Counted from the first letter of the stretch, positions 52,183 through 63,526 are shown. The stretch: DNA of 64,000 nt from an uncultured Thermoleophilaceae bacterium (GCA_963828225.1 CAWHDX010000006.1:125318-189317); one strand, 5' to 3'. The notes: a model not told the origin generated them from the sequence alone. Made by a program: numbers and translations.

Positions 52183-52917
52183 GTGGTGTTCCGTGACGAG
52201 CCAGCGCCCGCTCTCGAGCTGCGCGGGCTGACCAAGCGCTACGACGACGGCACCGTCGCGCTCGAGCAGTTCGACCTCGAGATCCCGGCCGGCGCCTTCT
52301 TCGGCCTGCTCGGCCCCAACGGAGCGGGCAAGACCACGCTGATCAGCGCGGTCTGCAACCTGGTGCGGATCACCGACGGCGACATCCGCGTGTTCGGCGA
52401 GCCGCACGACTCGCTCGACGCCCGCCGCTGGATCGGGCTGGCCGAGCAGGACATCAACCTCGATCGCTTCCTCACGGTGCGCGAGACGCTGCTCTACCAC
52501 GGCGGCTACTGGGGCATGCGGGAGCCGGAGGACCGCGCCGACGAGCTGATCGATGCCTTCGGCCTGGGCCACAAGCGCGACACGCGCGCCCCGCGCCTGT
52601 CCGGCGGGCAGCGCCGCCGCCTGCTGCTGGCGCGCGCGCTCATGCACCGGCCGCGGCTGGTGATCCTCGACGAGCCCACGGCAGGGGTCGACTTCGAGCT
52701 GCGCCAGGAGCTGTGGCGCTACATCCGCGGGCTGCACGCCGAGGGCACGACGATCCTGCTCACCACGCACTACCTCGAGGAGGCCGAGGAGCTGTGCGAC
52801 GAGATCGCCCTGATCCGCGACGGGCGGCTGATCGCGCGCGACAACGCCGAGGGGCTGCGCGAGCACTTCGGCGTGACCCGGCTGCAGGACGTCTACGTGA
52901 AGGCGATGGCGTCGTGA
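52183..52917 (+). CDS. ABC-2-type exporter ATP-binding protein
   Basis: Walker A GPNGAGKTT, signature LSGGQRRR, Walker B LVILDEP. Confidence 0.85.
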   Translation: MVFRDEPAPALELRGLTKRYDDGTVALEQFDLEIPAGAFFGLLGPNGAGKTTLISAVCNLVRITDGDIRVFGEPHDSLDARRWIGLAEQDINLDRFLTVRETLLYHGGYWGMREPEDRADELIDAFGLGHKRDTRAPRLSGGQRRRLLLARALMHRPRLVILDEPTAGVDFELRQELWRYIRGLHAEGTTILLTTHYLEEAEELCDEIALIRDGRLIARDNAEGLREHFGVTRLQDVYVKAMAS

Positions 52918-53669
52918 GCCCGTTCGTCTGGCTGTGCAAGCGCGAGACGCTGCGCGTCTCGAAGCTGTGGACGCAGACGGTGCTCGCGCCGGTGGTCTCG
53001 TCGATGCTGTTCATCCTCGTCTTCGGGCTCTCGCTCGGCGGGCGCATCAAGCAGGTCGGCGACGTGGACTACGAGGTCTTCATCGTCCCCGGGCTGATCA
53101 CGATGGGGATGGTCCAGGCGGCGTACGCGAACAACGCGTCGTCGATCTTCCAGGCCCGCTTCGACCGCTACATCCACGACGTGCTGTCGGCGCCGATGCG
53201 CGCCTGGCAGATGGCGCTCGGCTACACCGTCGGCGGCGTCTTCCGGGCGCTCGCGATCGGCGGGTCGCTGATGATTCTCGCGCTCGTCCTGGTCGACGTG
53301 CCGGTGAGGCAGCCGTTCGCGCTGGCGGCCGCCGTCGCGCTCGGCCTGGCGCTGTTCAGCTCGCTCGGCGTGGTCGTCGGCATCTACGCCGAGACGTGGG
53401 ACCACACGACCTTCATCGCCAACATCGTGATCCTGCCGCTGGCGTTCGTCGGCGGGGTCTTCTACTCGGTCGACGTCCTGCCCGCGCCCTGGCACGAGCT
53501 GTCGCACGTCAACCCCGTCTTCTATCTCGTCAACGCCGTGCGCTTCGGCTTCCTGGGCGAGAGCGACGTGTCGATCTGGCTCTCGCTGGGAGTGACCGCC
53601 GCGCTGGCGATCCCCGTGTACCTCTGGTGCCTGTGGCTGTTCCGGACCGGCAGGCGCTTGAAGGACTAG
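52914..53669 (+). CDS. ABC-2-type transporter permease
   Basis: GTG overlaps the ATPase stop (GTGA). Six hydrophobic segments, in the 52713..53669 frame. Confidence 0.8.
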   Translation: MSPFVWLCKRETLRVSKLWTQTVLAPVVSSMLFILVFGLSLGGRIKQVGDVDYEVFIVPGLITMGMVQAAYANNASSIFQARFDRYIHDVLSAPMRAWQMALGYTVGGVFRALAIGGSLMILALVLVDVPVRQPFALAAAVALGLALFSSLGVVVGIYAETWDHTTFIANIVILPLAFVGGVFYSVDVLPAPWHELSHVNPVFYLVNAVRFGFLGESDVSIWLSLGVTAALAIPVYLWCLWLFRTGRRLKD

Positions 53670-54335
53670 AGGCCGAGGTCGTCCGCTGCCGGCGCTGCCC
53701 GCGCCTGGTGGAGTGGCGCGAGCTCGTCGCGCGCGAGAAGCGCGCGGCCTTCCGCGACGAGGAGTACTGGGGCCGCCCGGTGCCCGGCTTCGGCGACCCG
53801 GAGGCGAGCGTCTACGTGCTCGGCCTCGCCCCCGCCGCCCACGGCGGCAACCGCACCGGCCGCGTGTTCACCGGCGACCGCTCGGGCGACTGGCTGTTCG
53901 GCGCGATGCACCGGACCGGCTTCGCGAACCAGCCGACCTCGACCCACGTCGGCGACGGGCTGCGCCTGATCGACGCCTTCGTCGGCGCCGCGGTGCGCTG
54001 CGCGCCCGCCCGCCAACAAGCCGCTGCCCTCCGAGCGCGACGCCTGCCTCCCCTATGCGCGCGAGAGAGCTCGAGCTGCTGCGCGCCGGCCGTGATCGTG
54101 TGCCTGGGCGCCTTCGCTTGGGACGCCGCCTGCCGGCTGCTGAGCCTGCGCCCGCGAGCCGCGCTTCGGGCACGGCGCCGAGCACGCCGTCGCGGACGGG
54201 CCGGTCCTGCTCGGCACCTACCACCCGAGCCAGCAGAACACGTTCACCGGGAAGCTCACCGAGCCGATGCTCGACGCCGTCTTCGACAGGGCTCGCGAAC
54301 TCGCCGGGGGCCTTGCTAACGTGCCGCGCTCGTAA
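53626..54335 (+). pseudogene. uracil-DNA glycosylase, family 4/5 (UdgB-like, Fe-S type), about four frame breaks
   Basis: VRCRRCPRLVEW and GLAPAAHGGNRTGRVFTGDRSGDWLF. Beyond about 54012 the sense hops frames (PANKPLPSERDACLPYA / VIVCLGAFAWDAACRLL / PRFGHGAEH...[15 protein letters not shown]...). Confidence 0.75.
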
Positions 54336-54349
54336 GGAGCTATGCCGAG

Positions 54350-54480
54350 TCCCGCGCCGCCGAGCGGCACGGGAACGGGGGACCCACAGTTTTCGGGGCG
54401 AATCGCGGTCCTAGGCCGTGTAGCGCCGCTCTTCTGGCGCGAGCCCGTCAGCTAACCCCGTAGGCGCCGAAGAAGAGATA
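54350..54480 (+). promoter_or_regulatory. c-di-AMP riboswitch candidate (ydaO-yuaA class)
   Basis: It contains ACGGGGGACCCA, GGGGCGAATC and GAGCCCGTCAGCTAACCCCGTAGGCG. I recall these as the conserved blocks of the ydaO motif (B. subtilis: ...GGGGGACCCA...GGGGUGAAUC...CCCGUCAGCUAACCUCGUAAGCG). It lies just 5' of SD AGGAG and ATG 54494. Confidence 0.7.
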
Positions 54481-54493
54481 GGAGCACCTACGC

Positions 54494-55236
54494 ATGCACA
54501 GGACGTTGCAGGCGGGAGCGACGCTCGTCGCCATCGCCCTGCTGCCCACAGCCGGCGCGGCCGCCGCGCCGTACGCCAGCCGGACGCTCGCCAAGGGAAC
54601 CTCCGGCGGCGACGTGGAGAAGCTTCAGCGCTACCTCGACGACGCCGGCTACGAGACGGCGCCGGACGGCGAGTTCGGCCCCGCCACGGCGCGCAGCGTG
54701 CGCAGCTTCGAGGCGGCTGAGCAGCGGTCGGTGGACGGGCGCGCCACGCGCTCCGACCAGCGCCTGGTCCGCACGCGCGCCGACGAGGTCGCAGCCGCGA
54801 CCCGGTCGCCGAGACCGAGCCGGCCGGCGAGGAGGCCTACATCGGCGATGACGGCCTCGCGGTCGCGCCGGCGTCCGCGCCCGAAGAGGTCCAGGAGATC
54901 ATCGAGGCCGGCAACCGGATCGCCGCCAAGCCGTACAGGTACGGCGGCGGCCACGGCCGCTTCCGCGACTCCGGCTACGACTGCTCGGGGTCGGTCTCCT
55001 TCGCGCTTCACGGCGCCGACCTGCTCGACACGCCGCTCGACTCCACCGGCTTCATGCGCTGGGGCGACCGCGGCCGGGGCGAGTGGGTCTCGATCTACGC
55101 GAACGCCGGCCACGCGTACATGACGGTGGCCGGGCTGCGCTTCGACACGAGTGCGCGCAAGGCGTCCGGCAACCGCTGGACGGAGCAGACGCGGTCCGCG
55201 CGCGGGTACCGCGTCCGACACCCGGAGGGACTCTGA
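54494..55236 (+). pseudogene. secreted peptidoglycan-binding-domain protein with NlpC/P60-like (C40) domain, frame break near 54787
   Basis: Signal peptide, then PG_binding-like GGDVEKLQRYLDDAGYETAPDGEFGPATARSVRSFE. After about 54787 the next frame reads ...AKPYRYGGGHGRFRDSGYDCSGSVSFAL...GHAYMTVAGLRFDTS... Confidence 0.75.
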
Positions 55237-55451
55237 TGGCTCTCGTCGCACTGCTTGCGTTGATGTTCGGCACGTTCGCCGGGCTGCTGATCGGCAGATG
55301 GGCGGCGGTCGCGCCGCTGGCGGCCGCGGGCGGCGCGGCGGCCCTGCTGGGCGGCCCAGAGGCGGGCGCGGTGATCGCGCTGGCGGCCGTCGGACTGCTC
55401 GCCGGAGTCCACCTGCATCGCGCCGTCGCGGAGCAGTTCGCCCCGCGCTAG
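55236..55451 (+). CDS. small hydrophobic membrane protein
   Basis: ATG shares one base with the upstream stop (TGATG). 71 aa with two hydrophobic helices. Confidence 0.55.
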   Translation: MALVALLALMFGTFAGLLIGRWAAVAPLAAAGGAAALLGGPEAGAVIALAAVGLLAGVHLHRAVAEQFAPR

Positions 55452-55720
55452 GGCAGCCGCTCGCGCAGCTCCCTGCGCAGCCGCTCGATCTCCTCGCGGA
55501 CGTCCTCGCCGCGCCCGCGCGCGTCGTGCTCGAGCCGGCGTAGCCGCCGCCGGATCTTGAGCTGCTCTGCCTGATCGCGCACCTGGTCGACGGCGTCCTG
55601 CGCCGTGTCGCGCAGCTCGTTCGCGCGATCCTGCGCGTGGTCGGTGGCGCCGCATCCGGCGGCCAGCGCGGCGGCCGCCAGGGCCAGCGCGATCGGGCGT
55701 CTGATGGCGCGCCCGGTCAT
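55448..55720 (-). CDS. small lipoprotein with coiled-coil-like charged tail
   Basis: ATG at 55720 within ORF 55448..55810. Lipobox ALAAGCGA. Confidence 0.6.
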   Translation of the reverse strand: MTGRAIRRPIALALAAAALAAGCGATDHAQDRANELRDTAQDAVDQVRDQAEQLKIRRRLRRLEHDARGRGEDVREEIERLRRELRERLP

Positions 55721-55748
55721 CTGCCGGAAGTGTCCACGCGATACGCTC

Positions 55749-58700
55749 GTGGGTCGCTTGGCTTCGGATCCGCTCGCATCGTTCACCCCGCAGGTACGTG
55801 ATTGGTTCACGCGTTCCTTCGAGCGGCCGACCGCCGCTCAGGAGCAGGCCTGGCCGGCGATCGCGGGCGGCGACAACGTGCTGGTCTCCGCCCCCACCGG
55901 CTCGGGCAAGACGCTGGCGGCCTTCCTCTGGGGGCTCGACCGGCTGGTCGCCGAGCCGGGCCACGGGCGGCTGGTCTACGTCTCTCCGCTGAAGGCGCTC
56001 TCGTACGACGTCGAGAAGAACCTGCGCGCGCCGCTGCGCGGGATCGGCGGAGACATCTCGGTCGCGATCCGCACGGGCGACACGCCGCAGCGCGAGCGCC
56101 AGGCGATGCTGCGCAAGCCGCCGGACGTCCTGATCACGACCCCCGAGTCGCTCTACCTGATGCTGACCTCGCGAGCCCGCGAGTTCCTCGCCGAGACCGA
56201 CTCGGTGATCGTCGACGAGATCCACGCGGTGGCGCGCACCAAGCGCGGCGCCCACCTCGCGCTCTCGCTCGAGCGGCTCGAGCACGTCGCCGGGAAGCCA
56301 CTCCAGCGCATCGGCCTCTCCGCGACCCAGCGCCCGCTCGAGGAGGTGGGCCGCTTCCTGGTCGGCCCGCACCGCAAGTGCCGCATCGTCGACGCCGGCG
56401 TGCGCAAGCCGCTCGACCTGAAGATCCAGGTCCCGGTCGACGACATGTCCGAGCCGGGCGCCCACGACGTCATCGATCCGGCCGTCGGCGGCAAGGGGAC
56501 CGCCGCGGGCGGCGGAGACCTCGTCGGCGACGGCCTGGGCGGCGCCGCGCCGGCCGCGGACTCGCGCTCGATCTGGCCCGCGATCTACCCCGAGCTGCTG
56601 GCGCTGGTGCGACAGCACCGCTCCACGATCGTGTTCGTCAACAGCCGCCGCGGCGCGGAGCGACTCGCCGTGCGGCTGAACGACCTCGCGGCGGAGCAGG
56701 ACGGCGAAGACGCGGCCTACGTCGCGCGCGCCCATCACGGGTCGCTCGCGCGCGAGGAGCGGCTCGTCGTCGAGGACCTGCTCAAGTCGGGCGAACTGCC
56801 CTGCCTGGTCGCCACCAGCTCGCTCGAGCTCGGAATCGACATGGGCGCCGTCGACCTCGTCATCCAGGTCGAGTCGCCGAAGTCGGTCACCGCCGGGCTG
56901 CAGCGCATCGGGCGCGCCGGCCACGGCGTGGGCGAGGTCTCGCGCGGTCGCATCTTCCCGAAGTTCCGCGCCGACCTGGTCGAGTGCGCCGTCGTCGCCA
57001 AGCGGATGCGCGACGGCGACATCGAGTCGACCGTCGTGCCGCGCAACCCGCTCGACGTGCTCGCCCAGCAGATCGTGGCCGCCACCGCCGTCGGCGACGA
57101 CTGGAAGGTTCCGGAGCTGCACGACCTGATCCGGCGCGCCTATCCGTTCGCGGAGCTGTCGCGCGAGCTGCTCGACTCGGTGCTCGACATGCTCGACGGG
57201 CGCTACCCCTCGGAGGAGTTCGCCGAGCTGCGGCCGCGCATCGTGTGGGACCGCGTGGACGACACGATCCGCGCCCGCAAGGGATCGCTGCAGCTGGCCG
57301 TGACGAACGCCGGCACGATCCCCGACCGCGGCCTCTACGGCGTGCACCTGCCGGACGGCCGCCGCGTCGGCGAGCTCGACGAGGAGATGGTCTACGAGGC
57401 GCGGCCGGGCCAGACGTTCATGCTGGGCGCCTCGACCTGGCGCATCGAGGAGATCACGCGCGACCGCGTGATCGTGACGCCGGCGCCCGGGGCGCCCGGC
57501 GCGCTCCCGTTCTGGAAGGGCGACGGCATCGGCCGCCCGAAGGAGCTGGGCGAGGCGATCGGCGCCTTCGTGCGCGAGTCGGTCGACCGCGACCCGGCCG
57601 AGCTGGCCGTCGAGTACGACCTCGACGAGCGCGCCGCGCGCAACCTGTCCGCGTTCCTGCGCGAGCAGCGCGACGCCACGCGCGTCGTGCCGAGCGACCG
57701 CACGATCGTGATCGAGCGCTTCCGCGACGAGATCGGCGACTGGCGCCTGTGCGTGCTGTCGCCGTACGGCGGGCGCGTGCACGCCGCCTGGGCGCTCGCG
57801 CTGTCGGCGCGCATCCGCGACGAGTTCGGGCTCGAGTCGGACGCGATCTGGTCGGACGACGGGATCATCGTCCACCTCCCCGACGCCGACGAGGCGCCGG
57901 CCGCCGAGCTCGTGCTGGTGCAGCCCGACGAGCTGGAGGAGCTGGTCGTCAAGGAGCTGTCGGGGTCGGCGCTGTTCGGCGCCCGCTTCCGCGAGAACGC
58001 CGCCCGCGCGCTGCTGCTGCCGCGCTCCCGGCCCGGGCAAGCGCACGCCGCTGTGGCAGCAGCGGCTGAAGGCGCAGTCGCTGCTCGAGGTCGCCAAGCG
58101 CTACGGCCAGTTCCCGATCGTGCTGGAGACCTACCGCGAGTGCCTGCGCGACGTCTTCGACCTGCCCGGGCTGGAGGCGCTGCTGCGCGGCCTGCACACG
58201 CGCGAGCTGTCGCTGGTGGAGGTGGAGACGCAGCGCGCCTCCCCGTTCGCGTCGTCGCTGCTGTTCGACTACGTCGCCACCTACATGTACGAGGGCGACA
58301 CGCCCAACGCCGAGCGGCGCGCCGCCGCGCTCTCGCTCGACCGCGACCTGCTGCGCGAGCTGCTCGGCCAGGAGGAGCTGCGCGACCTGATCGACCCGGC
58401 CGCGCTGGAGGAGGTCGAGGCCGACCTGCAGCGCGTCAGCGAGCGCACCCGCGCGGCGAACGCCGACGGGCTGCACGACGTGCTGCGCGCGCGTCGGCGA
58501 CCTGACGGCCGACGAGGCGGCCGCGCGCTGCCTGCCGGCGGTGTCCGCGAACCGCGATGCTGTCCCAGCTCGAGGACGAGCGCCGCGCGATCCGGATGCG
58601 CATCGCCGGCGAGGAGCGCTGGCTCGCGTCCGAGGACGCCGGGCTCTACCGCGACGCGCTCGGCGCGGTCCCGCCGGGCGGGCTGCCCGAGGTCTTCCTC

Positions 58701-60188
58701 GAGTCGGTCGAGGAGCCGCTCGCGCGGCTGACGCGGCGCTACGCCCGCACCCACGGCCCGTTCACCACCGCCGAGGCGTCCGGCCGCTACGCGATCGATC
58801 TGGGCCCCGTGCTGCGCGACCTGGAGCGCGCCGGCGACCTCGTGCAGGGCGAGCTGCGCCCCGGCGGCAGCGGGCGCGAGTGGTGCGACCCCGAGGTGCT
58901 GCGGCGGCTGCGGCGCGCCTCGCTCGCGACGCTGCGCAAGGAGGTCGAGCCCGCCGAGCAGCGCGCGCTGGCGCGCTTCCTCCCGGCCTGGCAGGGAGTG
59001 GACACCGCGCCGCCCGGCGGCGCCGGCGTGGATCGCCTGCGCGAGCTGCTCGTGCCGCTCCAGGGCGTGGCGCTCGCGCCCGAGGTCTGGGAGCGCGACG
59101 TGCTCCCGCGCCGCACCGGCGCGTACTCGCCCGCGTGGCTGGACCAGCTCTGCGCCAGCGGCGAGCTCGTCTGGGTGGGCGCCGGCGCGGTGGGCAGGCG
59201 CTCCGGGCGAGTCGCGCTGCTGTTCCGCGAGGACGCGCGCTGGATCGGACCGCCGCCGCTCAAGGGCGACCCGCCGTCGGGGCCGCTGCACAGCGCGCTG
59301 CGCGACCGGCTCGCGGCCGGCGCCGCGTTCTGGACCGATCTGCTCGCCGACCTCGGGTCAGCCGAGCCGGTCGAGCTGCAGGAGGCGCTCTGGGACCTGG
59401 TCTGGGCCGGTGAGGCGACCAACGACGCCTTCGCGCCGCTGCGGGCGCCGCGCCTGACGCTGGCCCGGCAGCAGCGCGATGCCGGGCGGCGATTCGCGCG
59501 CCGCCGCCGCCCGGGCGCGCCGCAGGTGCAGGGGCGCTGGTCGCTGACCGCGCCGCTGTTCGCCGACGCCCCGGCGCACGGCCCGCGCATGCGCGCAATC
59601 GCCGAGCTGCTGCTCGAGCGCTACGGGATCGTCACGCGCGAGACGGTGCTCGCCGAGGGGATCCCGGGCGGCTTCGCCGGGCTCTACGGCGAGCTGGCGA
59701 ATCTCGAGACGCTCGGCACCGCGCGCCGCGGCTACTTCGTAGAGGGGCTGGGCGGCGCCCAGTTCGCGCTGCCGGCCGCGATCGAGCGGCTGCGCTCGAT
59801 GCGCAGCGACGAGCCCGTAGGCGCGCAGGTGCTGGCCGCCACCGACCCTGCGAACCCGTTCGGAGCGACGCTTGCGTGGCCGAAGCGCGAGGAGGAGCCG
59901 GGCCGCAGGCCGGCCCGCGTGCCCGGGGCCTACGTGGTGACGCTCGACGCGGAGCCGGTGCTCTACGTCGAGCGCGGCGGGAAGGGGCTGGTGCCGCTGC
60001 GCGCCCCCGACGAGGAGTGGCTGCGACCGGCGCTCGAGGCGCTGGCGGAGGCCGTCAGGCGCTCGCGCGTGCCGCGCCTCGGCATCGAGCGCTTCGACGG
60101 CGAGCCCGTGGTGGGCTCGGAGGCCGGCGCGCTGCTGCTCGAGCTCGGCTTCCGTCAGAGCCCGCGCAAGCTGACGCTGAGCGCGTGA
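55749..60188 (+). pseudogene. lhr: Lhr-type large ATP-dependent helicase, frame breaks near 58030, 58492 and 58555
   Basis: FTPQVRDWF...APTGSGKTLAAFL, VIVDEIHA, RAHHGSLAREER. After LLLPR the sense continues as PGKRTPLWQQRLKAQSLLEVAKRYGQFPIVLETYRE (ORF 58120), then VGDLTADEAAARC, then ORF 58557..60188. Confidence 0.85.
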
Positions 60189-60970
60189 GCGAGCTCAACC
60201 GCGCCTGGTGGGACGAGCGCGTCCCGATCCACGTCGCCTCCGAGTTCTACGACGTCGAGGGCTTCCGCGCGGGCGGGTCGAGCCTGAGGCCGTTCGAGGT
60301 CGAGGAGGTCGGCGACGTCGCGGACCGCTCGCTGCTGCACCTCCAGTGCCATTTCGGCCTCGACACGCTCTCCTGGGCGAGACGAGGCGCCCGCGTCAGC
60401 GGGCTCGACTTCTCGCAGCCGGCCATCGAGGCCGCTCGCGCGCTCGCCGCCGACACCGGCCTCGACGCCGAGTTCTCGGTCGCGGACGTGTACGACGCCC
60501 CGGCCGTGCTCGGCGGCCGGCGCTTCGACGTCGTCTACACCGGCATCGGCGCGCTCAACTGGCTGCCGGACATGGAGCGCTGGGCCCGCGTGGTGGCCGA
60601 GCTGCTCGAGCCCGGCGGCTTCCTCTACCTGAGCGAGTTCCACCCGTTCACCTGGGTCTTCGGCGACGACGAGCTGGTCGTCGAGGAGGACTACTTCCAG
60701 CGCGACGCCTTCGAGTTCGAGGAGGGCGGGACCTACGCGGACCTCGAGGCGGCCACGTCCGAGAACCGCACCGAGGAGTGGCAGCACACGCTCGCGGACG
60801 TGGTCTCGGCGGTGCTCGGCGCGGGGCTGACGCTCGAGCTCCTGCACGAGCACGACCTCACGCTGACGCCGCGCTGGCCGTTCCTGGAGCCTTGCGCCGG
60901 CGGCTACCGGATGCCCGCCGGCCGCCCGCGGCTGCCGCTGATGTTCTCGCTGCGGGCGCGCGCGGCGTGA
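60185..60970 (+). CDS. class I SAM-dependent methyltransferase
   Basis: GTG overlaps the lhr stop (GTGA). Sequence LLHLQCHFGLDTLSWARRGARVSGLDFS, in the 59876..60970 frame. Confidence 0.8.
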   Translation: MSELNRAWWDERVPIHVASEFYDVEGFRAGGSSLRPFEVEEVGDVADRSLLHLQCHFGLDTLSWARRGARVSGLDFSQPAIEAARALAADTGLDAEFSVADVYDAPAVLGGRRFDVVYTGIGALNWLPDMERWARVVAELLEPGGFLYLSEFHPFTWVFGDDELVVEEDYFQRDAFEFEEGGTYADLEAATSENRTEEWQHTLADVVSAVLGAGLTLELLHEHDLTLTPRWPFLEPCAGGYRMPAGRPRLPLMFSLRARAA

Positions 60971-61004
60971 CCGCTTACCGCGCGCGGCTCGTAGCCTTGA
61001 AGGA

Positions 61005-61781
61005 GTGCCAGAGGGCGACACGATCCACTCGGCGGCGCGCCGCGTCGGCGCCGCGCTGATCGGCAGGCCGATCGTCTCGATCGAGACGCCGCAGCCGCGG
61101 CATGCGCTCGATCGCTGGCCCGAGCGGCTGGAGGGCCGGGCCGTGCGAGCGGTCGACGCGCGCGGCAAGCACCTGTTCATCCGCTTCGAGGGCGACCTCA
61201 CGCTGCACTCGCATCTGCGCATGACGGGCGGCTGGGGCGTCTACCGCCGCGGCGAGCGCTGGCGGCGGTCGCCGCGGCGCGCCTGGCTCGTGATCCGCAC
61301 CGACGAGCACGAGGTGGTCGAGTTCGACGGGCCGGTGCTGGAGCTGATGACCGACTCGCGCACCCGCTTCGACCGCCGCTTGGCGGCGCTCGGCCCGGAC
61401 GTGCTCGCGCCCGAGCTCGACGAGCGGCGCTTTCTGGGGCTGCTGCGCTCGGACGACCACACGCGCGGCATCGGCGACGCCCTGCTCGATCAGCGCAACG
61501 TCGCCGGCATCGGGAACATGTGGAAGGCGGAGGGCTGCTTTCTCGCCGGGATCGACCCGTGGCGGCGGCTGGCGGACGTGTCGGACGACGAGGTCCTGGC
61601 GGTCGTGCGCGAGCTGCGGCCGCTGATGCGCGCCTCGGCGGACGGCGGACGCGTCCGAGGCTCGCACTGGGTGTTCGAGCGCGCCGGCCTCCCCTGCCGC
61701 CGCTGCGGGACGCGCATACGCGCGCGCGGGCAGGGCGACGACAATCGCACCACCTACTGGTGTCCCAAGTGCCAGGGTTGA
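61005..61781 (+). CDS. nei: Fpg/Nei-family DNA glycosylase (endonuclease VIII-like)
   Basis: MPEGDTIH N-terminus, H2TH region, C-terminal zinc finger CRRCGTRI...YWCPKCQ. Intact. Confidence 0.85.
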   Translation: MPEGDTIHSAARRVGAALIGRPIVSIETPQPRHALDRWPERLEGRAVRAVDARGKHLFIRFEGDLTLHSHLRMTGGWGVYRRGERWRRSPRRAWLVIRTDEHEVVEFDGPVLELMTDSRTRFDRRLAALGPDVLAPELDERRFLGLLRSDDHTRGIGDALLDQRNVAGIGNMWKAEGCFLAGIDPWRRLADVSDDEVLAVVRELRPLMRASADGGRVRGSHWVFERAGLPCRRCGTRIRARGQGDDNRTTYWCPKCQG

Positions 61782-62458
61782 TCCGGGTAGGGCACAAGGG
61801 CGCGGACCACGTCGCGCCCGGCAACACCGTCGAGAGCTTCGCGGCGGCGCTGGCGCACGGCGTGGACATGATCGAGTTCGACGTGCTGCGCACGCGCTCC
61901 GGCGAGCTGGTGCTGGCGCACGACCTCGAGGACGCCGAGGGCCGCGAGCCGCTCACGCTCGACGAGGGGCTCGACCTGTTCGCGGGAGCCGACTACGCCG
62001 GCGTGGAGCTGGACGTGGACCTGAAGCGGCCCGGCTACGAGCGCGAGGTCGTCGAGGGACTGGCCGCGCGCGGGCTGCTGGAGCGCTCGCTGGTGTCGAG
62101 CATGTTCACCGAGAGCCTCGACCGACTCGGCGAGCTGGCGCCGGGGCTGCGGCGCGGCTGGTCGGTGCCGCGCGTGCGGCGCGACTACACGCGCTCGCCG
62201 CTGGCGCCGCTGGCGTACGGGCTGGCGCGGGTGTGGCGGGTGCGGCTGCCGCGCCAGGCGGCCGAGCGCATCCGCGCCGGCGGCTGCGAGGCGCTGATGA
62301 CGCACACGATCCTCGTCAGCAGGCGCCTCGTGGAGGCGGTGCACGAGGCGGGCGGGCAGGTCTACGTCTGGACCGTCGACGACGCCCGGCGCATCCGGGC
62401 GCTGGAGGCCCTCGGCGTGGACGGCGTGATCACGAACGACCCGCGCTTGTTCGAGTAG
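61778..62458 (+). CDS. glycerophosphodiester phosphodiesterase-family protein
   Basis: TTG overlaps the nei stop (TTGA). Sequence GHKGA...NTVESF..A...GVDMIEFDV and C-terminal [10 protein letters not shown]. Confidence 0.75.
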   Translation: MIRVGHKGADHVAPGNTVESFAAALAHGVDMIEFDVLRTRSGELVLAHDLEDAEGREPLTLDEGLDLFAGADYAGVELDVDLKRPGYEREVVEGLAARGLLERSLVSSMFTESLDRLGELAPGLRRGWSVPRVRRDYTRSPLAPLAYGLARVWRVRLPRQAAERIRAGGCEALMTHTILVSRRLVEAVHEAGGQVYVWTVDDARRIRALEALGVDGVITNDPRLFE

Positions 62459-62470
62459 AGGGCTCGGCGC

Positions 62471-62900
62471 CTAGGCGCCGACGGTGCAGGTGCCGGTCAC
62501 GTGCGTCTCGGAGCGGTTGGTCTCTCCGCTCCAGCGCAGCTCGGCGACGGCGCGCAGCTGGTACTGGTTGCCCGGGGGCACGCTGATGCTGAAGGTCCAG
62601 CCGGCCTGGCCCCAGGTGTACTCGGCCGATCCGGCGGACTGCCAGGGCGAGGTGGCCGATCCGGCGAGCGGCGACCCAGCCGCCGTCCGGCGAGAGCCAC
62701 TGCGCGGTGAAGCGGACCGAGAGGTCCGTCTTCGACCCGTCTCCGGCGAGCTGCGCCCGCGCCCCGAGCTGGGTCGAGCTGCACACGTTCGCCTGCGCCC
62801 ACGACGACGTCAGCTTGTCGCCGGTCTGAGCGTCCGCGACGCCCGTGCCGGTCAACGCCGCGCAGATGGCGGTCAATATCAGCGTCCTACGCACCATCAA
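62471..62900 (-). pseudogene. small secreted protein of unknown function, frame break near 62668
   Basis: Signal peptide MMVRRTLILTAICAALTGTGVADA. After ...GGWVAA the next frame reads AGSATSPWQSAGSAEYTWGQAGWTFSISVPPGNQYQLRAVAELRWSGE...TGTCTVGA*. Confidence 0.6.
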
Positions 62901-62989
62901 TGGATGTTGTCGGCCTCCGCCTACTCCCCCTTGAGGGCAGACTACCGTTTCCCGCCGTGACGAAACGCGCCTAGCCTCGTAGTAGACAC

Positions 62990-63526
62990 GTGAACGAGGC
63001 GCTCGCAGAGCGGATGCCGGTGACGGCCGGAAGCGATACGGACACCTTCGCCGCTCTCTACGAGCGCACCTTCCCGCGCGTGTACGCCTACGTCGCGTCG
63101 CTGCTGCGCGACCGCGCCGCCGCCGAGGACGTCACCGCCCAGGCCTTCGAGCGCGCCTACCGCAAGCGCTCCAGCTACCGGCCTCGCCGCGGCAGCCGCG
63201 AGGCCTGGCTGTTCGGGATCGCCCGCAACGCCGCGCTCGACGAGCTGCGCGGCCGCAAGCGCCGCGCCCGCCTCGAGACGGACCCGGAGGACGTCGACGC
63301 ACGCGGCGCCGACGATCACGCCGAGCTGGCCCTGCAGCGCGAGGCGGTCCGGGCCGCGATGGCCACCCTCGACGGCCACGAGCGCGACCTGCTCGCCCTG
63401 AAGTTCTCCGCCGGCCTCTCCAACGCCGAGATCGCCGCGGTCCTCGACCTCAGCGAGACCGCCGCCGGCACCCGACTGCACCGAACGCTGACGAAGCTGC
63501 GAAAGGCCTGCGATGACGCCTCCTGA
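62990..63526 (+). CDS. ECF-type RNA polymerase sigma-70 family factor
   Basis: Region 2 (FAALYERTFPRVYAYV...DVTAQAFERAY) and region 4 (LSNAEIAAVLDLSETAAGTRLHRTLTKLR). Confidence 0.85.
   Translation: MNEALAERMPVTAGSDTDTFAALYERTFPRVYAYVASLLRDRAAAEDVTAQAFERAYRKRSSYRPRRGSREAWLFGIARNAALDELRGRKRRARLETDPEDVDARGADDHAELALQREAVRAAMATLDGHERDLLALKFSAGLSNAEIAAVLDLSETAAGTRLHRTLTKLRKACDDAS

Noticed and set aside
62901-62989. ECF-type promoter (GGAAC-N16/17-CGT) in the sigma-factor upstream spacer.
   Set aside because: The only GAAAC...CGTAG pair has a spacer of about 11 nt, too short for a credible ECF promoter call.
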